A stretch of DNA of 53,719 nucleotides, from positions 1 through 53,719 of the forward strand of contig JANXVW010000133.1 in the NCBI GenBank assembly GCA_025351455.1, read 5' to 3'. This DNA comes from Betaproteobacteria bacterium (GTDB taxonomy: Bacteria; Pseudomonadota; Gammaproteobacteria; Burkholderiales; JACQAP01). Positions 47,435 through 53,719 of the stretch are shown here, one piece after another. The notes beneath the pieces were generated by a model that did not search any database, was not told the DNA's origin, and saw only the letters and a list, made by a program, of their open reading frames with translations. Position numbers and translations under genes: made by a program. Position 1 is the first letter of the stretch. Every line of letters begins with the position of its first letter.

Positions 47435-48940
47435 CTATTCGGGCCGCATCTGGGGAAACAAGATGACGTCGCGGATGCTGGCGCTATCGGTGAACAGCAT
47501 GACCAGGCGGTCAATGCCGATGCCTTCGCCCGCGGTGGGCGGCAATCCATACTCCAGGGCACGGACATAGTCGGCGTCGTAGTACATCGCTTCCTCGTCG
47601 CCGGCTTCCTTGGCCTGGACCTGCTGCTGGAAACGCGCCGCCTGGTCTTCCGGATCGTTCAGTTCAGAGAAGCCATTGGCCAGTTCGCGGCCGGTGATGA
47701 ACAACTCGAAGCGGTCAGTCACGGCCGGGTTCTGGTCGTTGCTGCGCGCCAGCGGCGAGACATCGGTGGGATGGGCGACGATGAACGTCGGCTGGATCAG
47801 TTTGTCCTCGGTGGTCTGCTCGAACAGCTTGAGTTGCAGCAGGCCCAGTCCGTCGGTGGGGAAGACTTCGACTTTGAAGCCCTCGAGTGCATTGCGCAGG
47901 TTGTCGATCGTTGCCAGGTCTTGCGGCGCATATCTCGGGTTGTACTTGCCGATAGCCTCGGCCATGGTCAGGCGGTCGAACGGCTTACCCAGGTCGATGG
48001 CGGTGCCCTGGTAGGTCAAAGTCGTGCTGCTGGTCACTTTTTGCGCAAGCCCGCGTAGCAGTTCTTCGGTGAGGTCCATCAGGTAATGGTAATCCTGGTA
48101 GGCCTCGTAGAATTCGAGCATGGTGAACTCGGGATTGTGGCGGGTGGACATGCCTTCGTTGCGGAAATTGCGGTTGATCTCGAACACCTTCTCGATGCCG
48201 CCCACCACCAGGCGCTTCAAATAAAGTTCCGGCGCGATGCGCAGGTAGAGCTGCATGTCTAGCGCATTGTGGTGCGTTACGAAGGGCTTTGCCGCCGCAC
48301 CACCGGGTATCGGTTGCATCATCGGCGTCTCCACCTCGAGATAGCCGCGCTCGACGAAAAACTCGCGGATCGACTGGATGATGCCCGAGCGCGCCTTGAA
48401 CACGCGTTGGGATTCCGGATTGGTGATCAGATCCAGGTAGCGCTGGCGGTATTTCTGCTCCTGGTCGGCGAGACCGTGAAACTTTTCCGGCAGTGGACGC
48501 AGCGATTTTGAGAGCAGGCGCAGGCCGGTGACCTTGACTGAAAGTTCACCGGTCCTGGTCTTGAACAGCGTGCCTTCGGCGCCAAGGATGTCGCCCAGGT
48601 CCCAATGCTTGAAGCTGGCATGAGTTTCTTCGCCGGTGACGTCGTTGCTGATGTAAAGCTGCATGCGGCCGGACATGTCCTGCAGCGTGGCGAAACTGGC
48701 TTTGCCCATGACGCGCTTGAGCATCATGCGACCCGCCATCATGACTTTGATCTCTACCGGCTCGAGTTCCTCGTTGGACTTTGCGCCGTAGTCGCGATGC
48801 AAATCGGCAGCGAGGTGGGTGCGGCGGAAATCGTTCGGGAAGGCGTTGCCGGCGCCGCGCAGCGCCTTGAGCTTCGCCTTGCGCTCTTCGATGATCTGAT
48901 TGGAGTCGGCTGACGGAGTGACTTGTTCCTTGTCTTCCAT
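47435..48940 (-). CDS. lysS: Lysyl-tRNA synthetase (class II)
   Basis: 501 aa. OB anticodon domain and class II motifs (FRNEG, GIGIDRL). Starts 3 nt after prfB, as in the E. coli prfB-lysS operon. Confidence 0.96.
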   Translation of the reverse strand: MEDKEQVTPSADSNQIIEERKAKLKALRGAGNAFPNDFRRTHLAADLHRDYGAKSNEELEPVEIKVMMAGRMMLKRVMGKASFATLQDMSGRMQLYISNDVTGEETHASFKHWDLGDILGAEGTLFKTRTGELSVKVTGLRLLSKSLRPLPEKFHGLADQEQKYRQRYLDLITNPESQRVFKARSGIIQSIREFFVERGYLEVETPMMQPIPGGAAAKPFVTHHNALDMQLYLRIAPELYLKRLVVGGIEKVFEINRNFRNEGMSTRHNPEFTMLEFYEAYQDYHYLMDLTEELLRGLAQKVTSSTTLTYQGTAIDLGKPFDRLTMAEAIGKYNPRYAPQDLATIDNLRNALEGFKVEVFPTDGLGLLQLKLFEQTTEDKLIQPTFIVAHPTDVSPLARSNDQNPAVTDRFELFITGRELANGFSELNDPEDQAARFQQQVQAKEAGDEEAMYYDADYVRALEYGLPPTAGEGIGIDRLVMLFTDSASIRDVILFPQMRPE

Positions 48941-48943
48941 GTT

Positions 48944-50048
48944 CTATACGCCTTGCTTCAGACTTGCGGAGATGAAATCGTCGAGGTCGCCGTCCAGCAC
49001 GGACTGGGTATCGCCTCGTTCCACGTTGGTGCGCAAATCCTTGATGCGCGACTGGTCGAGCACATAGGAGCGAATCTGGTGGCCCCATCCGATGTCGGTC
49101 TTGGAGTCTTCCATGGCTTGTTTCTCTTCGTTGCGTTTGCGCATTTCCAATTCGTACAGGCGCGCTTTGAGCATGGACATCGCTTCCGCGCGATTGCGGT
49201 GCTGGGAACGGTCGCTCTGGCACTGTACGACGATGCCCGTTGGATTATGGGTGATGCGGATGGCGGAATCGGTCTTGTTGATGTGCTGGCCGCCGGCGCC
49301 GCTGGCGCGGAAAGTGTCCACACGCAAGTCAGCGGGATTGATCGCGATCTCGATCGTGTCGTCGACCTCGGGATAGACGAATACGCTGGCGAATGAAGTG
49401 TGGCGTCGCGCATTCGAATCGAACGGCGATTTGCGCACCAGCCGATGCACGCCGCTTTCAGTGCGTAGCGTGCCGAATGCGTAGTCGCCGGTGACTTTCA
49501 GTGCCGCGCTCTTGAGTCCGGCGACATCGCCCGGGGATTCTTCCAGCACTTCGACCGTGAAGCCGCGGCGGTCGCAGAATTTCAGGTACATGCGTTCGAG
49601 CATCGACGCCCAGTCCTGCGCCTCGGTTCCGCCGGAACCGGACTGGATGTCGAGGAAGCAATTGTTGGGGTCCATCGGGTTGGAAAACATGCGCCGGAAT
49701 TCCATGCCGGCCACGACTTTCTCCATCTCGGCTATGTCGCCGGCGATGGAATTCAGGGCGCCGTCGTCACTCTCGGTGCGGGCCATGGAGAACAGGTCGC
49801 GTGCATCGCTCAATCCCTGGTCGAGCTTTTCCAGCGTGGCGACGACGGATTCGAGCTGTTTGCGCTCGCGGCCCAGGTCCTGGGCGCGCTTGGCGTCGTT
49901 CCAGATCGCGGGATCTTCGGCGAGCTGGACGACTTCGGTCAGGCGGTTGCGTTTGCCTTCGAAGTCAAAGATACCTCCGCAGCTCTTTGGTGCGTGAATC
50001 GAGGTCGTCGAGCTGGTTGGCAAGGGCGTTGAGGCGTTCCGCTTCCAT
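48944..50048 (-). CDS. prfB: Peptide chain release factor 2, requires a programmed +1 frameshift
   Basis: Frame 0 reads [27 protein letters not shown] then TGA. The +1 frame continues DFEGKRNRL... through SPF and GGQ ([10 protein letters not shown]) to the stop at 48944. Confidence 0.95.
49964..49978 (-). promoter_or_regulatory. RF2 autoregulatory +1 frameshift site
   Basis: The minus strand reads GGAGG-TAT-CTT-TGA-C. There is an internal SD (49974-49978), slippery CTT (49968-49970), an in-frame TGA (49965-49967) and a following C, identical in logic to E. coli prfB. Confidence 0.9.
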
Positions 50049-50121
50049 GTGATTTCCGATTCTTCAAAGCGCGACATTCTAACCGATGTACTCCGCCCGA
50101 CCCTAGCTTCCGCGCCCGGAT

Positions 50122-51831
50122 TCAGGCGACGGGCTGCCAGTGTTGAACGAGCAACTGTACCGAGCGGGTGGCGTTGAACTCGTTGACCTGGACTCGGTAA
50201 ACCGCGCGGATGCGCGGTGGCAGCGGTTCTTCGTGCCCGAACAGAATGGCATTGAATATGCGTGCGGAGTCCGGCGCGCGCAGTCGCAGTTTCAGGTGCC
50301 GGCCGCCCACAATGCGCTGGTCGGCGATTTCGTATTCGTCATAGAACGCCGGCGCCACGAAACCCTGTCCCCAGATCCCGCTCTCCAGGGCTTCCGCGAA
50401 TTTCATGTCGATGTTCGCGGCGGGCAGGCTGCCGTCGGTTTCGATCAGGCGATCCAGGTCGGCCGGGCCGATCAGGTCGCGCACTACGGCTTCAAAAGCC
50501 CAGGTAAAGGCGGCGACATCTTTGCTTTTTATGGTCAATCCGGCCGCGGCGGCGTGGCCTCCGAAGCGCAGGATCAGGCCGGGATGACGTTTGGTGACCA
50601 GGTCGAGCGCGTCGCGCAGATGCAGTCCGGAAATGGACCGTCCCGAACCTTTGGCTTCGCCGCCCTCGGCCGGCGCAAAGGCGATGGCAGGGCGATGAAA
50701 ACGCTCGCGCAGGCGGGCGGCGAGGATGCCGATCACGCCTTGATGCCAGGATTCGTCGTAAAGGCTCAGGCTGTAGGTGTCGGCGACATCGATGCTGTCC
50801 ATCAGCGCGAGCGCTGTTTCCTGCATGCCAGCTTCAATGTCGCGGCGTTCGCGGTTGAGCGCATCGAGTTGCCTGGCCAGTTCCGTGGCCCGGACCGGAT
50901 CCTGCGTCAGCAGGCATTCGATGCCCACCGACATGTCTGTCAGCCGTCCGGCCGCGTTCAGCCGTGGCCCGACTACAAAGCCCAGATCATAAGTAGACAC
51001 GCGCGATGCATCGCGTCCGGCGACGCGGAACAGCGCCTCGATGCCGGCGCGGGCGCGTCCGGCGCGGATGCGGCGCAGTCCCTGGTCCACGAGAATGCGA
51101 TTGTTTTCGTCCAGGCGTACCACGTCGGCGACGGTCCCGAGGGCGACGAGGTCGAGCAGTTCGGCAAGATTCGATTCCTTGCGCTGGCTGAACCAGTTGC
51201 GACGGCGCAATTCGGCGCGCAAGGCGACCAAGACATAAAACATCACACCGACCCCGGCCAGGTGCTTGCTCGGAAAGCCGCAGCCGTGCTGGTTGGGATT
51301 GACGATGCATGCCGCATCCGGTGTGTGCGTGCCCGGAAGGTGATGATCGGTGATGAGTACCTGGATGCCGAATCGCGCGGCCTCTTCGACCCCCTCGACG
51401 CTGGCAATGCCGTTGTCGACGGTAATCAGGAAGTCGGGTTTGCGGTCGGCCGCCAGCCTGACGATCTCCGGGGTGAGCCCGTATCCGTATTCGAAACGAT
51501 TCGGCACCAGGTATTCGACTTTTGCGCCAAACCCCTGCAGGCCCAGCATGCCGACAGCGCAGGCGGTGGCGCCGTCCGCATCGTAGTCGGCCACGATGAG
51601 GAGACGCCTGTCGGCGGCGATCGCATCGGCCAGCAGCGTTGCCATGGCCGCGCAATTGCGCAACGGGTCGAACGGCAGCAGTCGCGCGAGCGAAGTATCC
51701 AGTTGCGAGACTTCGCGCACGCCGCGGGACGCATAGATTCTTGCCAGGACGGGATGCACGCCGCCAGCGCGCAGCGCCTCGAAGGCCGCGGGGGGCACCT
51801 CGCGCTCGAGGATGCGGACCGGATCGCTCAC
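50122..51831 (-). CDS. recJ: Single-stranded-DNA-specific exonuclease RecJ
   Basis: DHH motifs ([19 protein letters not shown]), DHHA1 [12 protein letters not shown] at 51831 overlaps the upstream stop (GTGA). An alternative ATG lies at 51882. Confidence 0.9.
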   Translation of the reverse strand: MSDPVRILEREVPPAAFEALRAGGVHPVLARIYASRGVREVSQLDTSLARLLPFDPLRNCAAMATLLADAIAADRRLLIVADYDADGATACAVGMLGLQGFGAKVEYLVPNRFEYGYGLTPEIVRLAADRKPDFLITVDNGIASVEGVEEAARFGIQVLITDHHLPGTHTPDAACIVNPNQHGCGFPSKHLAGVGVMFYVLVALRAELRRRNWFSQRKESNLAELLDLVALGTVADVVRLDENNRILVDQGLRRIRAGRARAGIEALFRVAGRDASRVSTYDLGFVVGPRLNAAGRLTDMSVGIECLLTQDPVRATELARQLDALNRERRDIEAGMQETALALMDSIDVADTYSLSLYDESWHQGVIGILAARLRERFHRPAIAFAPAEGGEAKGSGRSISGLHLRDALDLVTKRHPGLILRFGGHAAAAGLTIKSKDVAAFTWAFEAVVRDLIGPADLDRLIETDGSLPAANIDMKFAEALESGIWGQGFVAPAFYDEYEIADQRIVGGRHLKLRLRAPDSARIFNAILFGHEEPLPPRIRAVYRVQVNEFNATRSVQLLVQHWQPVA

Positions 51832-52853
51832 GATCCGGGGAGCGGGGCGCGAAGTGCGGCAGCCGGTCGCCACAATCGCCATAGATCGAGACGGCTTGCG
51901 GACCAGCGATAACTGCGGCCATTGGCGACAGTTGCAATGACTAGTTCGCCGATGCTGCCCTTTTTCAGCATTGCCGCGAGCGGAGCAAACCAACGCCGCT
52001 CGAGATTTTCCAGCGCGCACTTCCAGCCAGCCGGGTCGAGGCGCAGTGACGCGGTGGCCGCATCACACAGTTCGATCAGGACATCGTCCGCTGCGATCGC
52101 CATGCCGGGTTCGGCTGACGCGAAAGGAATATCCGCCAGCTTTGCCAGTCCACGGGCGAGGGCGCTGCTGCCGATGACGGCCCGGAAAGACGTGCGCGCA
52201 CGGGGCAGCATTCCCCCCCCGGAAAACCAGAGGCTGTTGATCGCCAGGGCGCCGCGCTGCTCGCGCTCCTCGTTGACCGGATGCGCGTGCAGCAGCATCT
52301 GGACTTCATTGAACATCCGGTGCCAGGCCATGCGGTCTTCGCCCTCGGGCAGCAGGCGGTCGACATCGCGGCCGGCTGCCCGGGCCAGGCTGCTGGTATG
52401 GATGCGGGCAGGCCGGGCCGTCCTGATATACCAGCGATGCGACTGGGGGGCGAGAAAAGTGAATTGATCTGCGGCGAAATGGCGATTGAGCGCGGCACAG
52501 AGCGAAACGGCTTCGGCGTCGGTGATCGAGAGGGTTTCAGGTGCCTGCAGGATCAACTGGTCGCGATTCACCTGCAGGTGCACCGGATCGGCGCACAGCC
52601 AGAAATCGCCCTCCGGCGGCGTGCCGGTCCCGAACACCGAGATCGGGGCGCTCGGCCAGTCTGCCTGCCTTGTCACGCCGAACTGCTCGCACAGCCAGGC
52701 CGGTTCCTCGTCGCAACGGGCTTCGCCGGCGTCGCCGCGACCGATCAGCGTCCGCAACACGGGAACAAGCGGCATTTCGTGTTCTACACCGGCGTGCGGC
52801 CAGAACAGGGCGGGAATGAACAGGGTGACGGTATGCACGGCGTCGGGGCGCAA
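51828..52853 (-). CDS. Conserved hypothetical protein, possibly RpfE-type (uncharacterised family usually found next to recJ)
   Basis: 341-aa ORF translationally coupled to recJ. From memory, a protein of this size and position upstream of recJ is annotated RpfE-type in Xanthomonas and beta-proteobacteria. Not verified. Confidence 0.6.
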   Translation of the reverse strand: MRPDAVHTVTLFIPALFWPHAGVEHEMPLVPVLRTLIGRGDAGEARCDEEPAWLCEQFGVTRQADWPSAPISVFGTGTPPEGDFWLCADPVHLQVNRDQLILQAPETLSITDAEAVSLCAALNRHFAADQFTFLAPQSHRWYIRTARPARIHTSSLARAAGRDVDRLLPEGEDRMAWHRMFNEVQMLLHAHPVNEEREQRGALAINSLWFSGGGMLPRARTSFRAVIGSSALARGLAKLADIPFASAEPGMAIAADDVLIELCDAATASLRLDPAGWKCALENLERRWFAPLAAMLKKGSIGELVIATVANGRSYRWSASRLDLWRLWRPAAALRAPLPGS

Positions 52854-52994
52854 AAAACGATTGTGAGTCTAGCATGCGGGTTTTTCCCGCCGCTTTGAAA
52901 CCTGTGCGGCTGCGAACGGTTTCACTCTTCGCCTGCGGAATATGGCAGACTGCGCATCGCCACCGAAAACTCTGCGCCGTAAATTCTTCCATCC

Positions 52995-53719
52995 ATGCTG
53001 ACGCCGTATGAGCTGTTTGTCGGGCTGCGCTATACGCGCGCCAAACGGCGCAACCATTTCATCTCCTTCATTTCCATTACGTCGATGCTCGGTATCGCCT
53101 TGGGCGTCGCCGCACTGATCGTCGTGCTATCGGTCATGAACGGTTTCCAGAAGGAATTGCGCGCACGCATTCTCGGCGTCGCGTCGCATGTGCAGATCAC
53201 CGGCATGGCCGGCGGACTCCCGGACTGGCAGAAGGTGGCGACGCAGACCGTGGCCAACAAGGAAGTGCTCGCGGCGGCGCCTTATGTCATGGCGCAAGGC
53301 CTGATTTCGAATCACCAGACCGTGCAAGGCAGCATCGTGCGCGGCATATTGCCTGCCGACGAGGACAAGGTCGCCGACATCGGCATGCACATGAAAGCCG
53401 GCAGCCTGGGCGCGTTACAACCCGGCAAGTTCGGCATCGTGCTGGGCAGCGAACTCGCGCTGAGCATAGGTGCGCGGGTCGGCGACAAGATCGTCGTGAT
53501 CGCGCCGCAGGGGCAGGTGACGCCAGCCGGCATCATGCCGCGGCTCAAGCAGTTCGATGTGGTCGGCATTTTCGAAGTCGGCATGTATGAATACGATGCC
53601 GGGTTGGCGTTGATCCATCTCGACGATGCGCAGAAGCTGTATCGCATGGACGGCAAAGTTTCGGGTGTGCGCCTGAAGCTGAAGGACTTGTTCGCGGCGC
53701 CGCGCGTGGCCCGCGAACT
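52995..53719 (+). CDS. lolC: Lipoprotein-releasing system permease LolC/LolE family (3' end outside the window)
   Basis: MLTPYELFVGLRYTRAKRRNHFISFISITSMLGIALGVAALIVVLSVMNGFQKELR is collinear with the E. coli LolC N-terminus. The frame stays open to the window end. Confidence 0.88.
   Translation, partial: MLTPYELFVGLRYTRAKRRNHFISFISITSMLGIALGVAALIVVLSVMNGFQKELRARILGVASHVQITGMAGGLPDWQKVATQTVANKEVLAAAPYVMAQGLISNHQTVQGSIVRGILPADEDKVADIGMHMKAGSLGALQPGKFGIVLGSELALSIGARVGDKIVVIAPQGQVTPAGIMPRLKQFDVVGIFEVGMYEYDAGLALIHLDDAQKLYRMDGKVSGVRLKLKDLFAAPRVARE

Noticed and set aside
50140-51912. 590-aa ORF antisense to recJ
   Set aside because: The recJ DHH/DHHA1 motifs are on the minus strand. The plus-strand product is low-complexity with no family features.

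Overview
This is a visibly GC-rich chromosomal segment whose gene order looks beta-/gamma-proteobacterial; I infer a betaproteobacterium. I count about 55 protein-coding genes. I recognised no rRNA, tRNA, CRISPR array, transposase or integrase by eye.

Core blocks:
- rpsF-priB-rpsR-rplI-dnaB
- fimV-like, PIN-PhoH and bcp
- tesA head-to-head with ybbA-ybbP
- typA
- rmuC-mtfA
- yoaA
- rimO
- a PHB locus (phaR, phasin, phaB, phaC), with acetoacetyl-CoA synthetase nearby
- pgeF-rluD head-to-head with bamD
- lolC divergent from an RpfE-like gene, followed by recJ, prfB (+1 frameshift) and lysS

From about 17.3 to 31.7 kb the content looks more accessory:
- a signal-peptide mini-secretin translationally coupled to mtfA
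- a tag-cupin-methyltransferase-TPMT operon
- Ku-LigD (NHEJ)
- many small enzymes and unknowns, including an XRE / deoxyribosyltransferase-like / GFA trio

The most unusual thing I can see directly is non-coding. There are eight clear intergenic hairpin elements, plus one degenerate solo hairpin, whose arms are themselves tandem arrays of 7-10 nt units. They fall into three architectures:
- GCAAAG-unit arms (3 copies) around unrelated AT-rich cores
- CCGTGA-terminated arms (3 copies), two of which carry the stop codons of flanking genes
- paired C-rich/G-rich hairpins (2 copies plus the solo)

Start codons were chosen from N-terminal family knowledge and SD context, and several are uncertain. 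No database search or computation beyond reading the sequence was possible.
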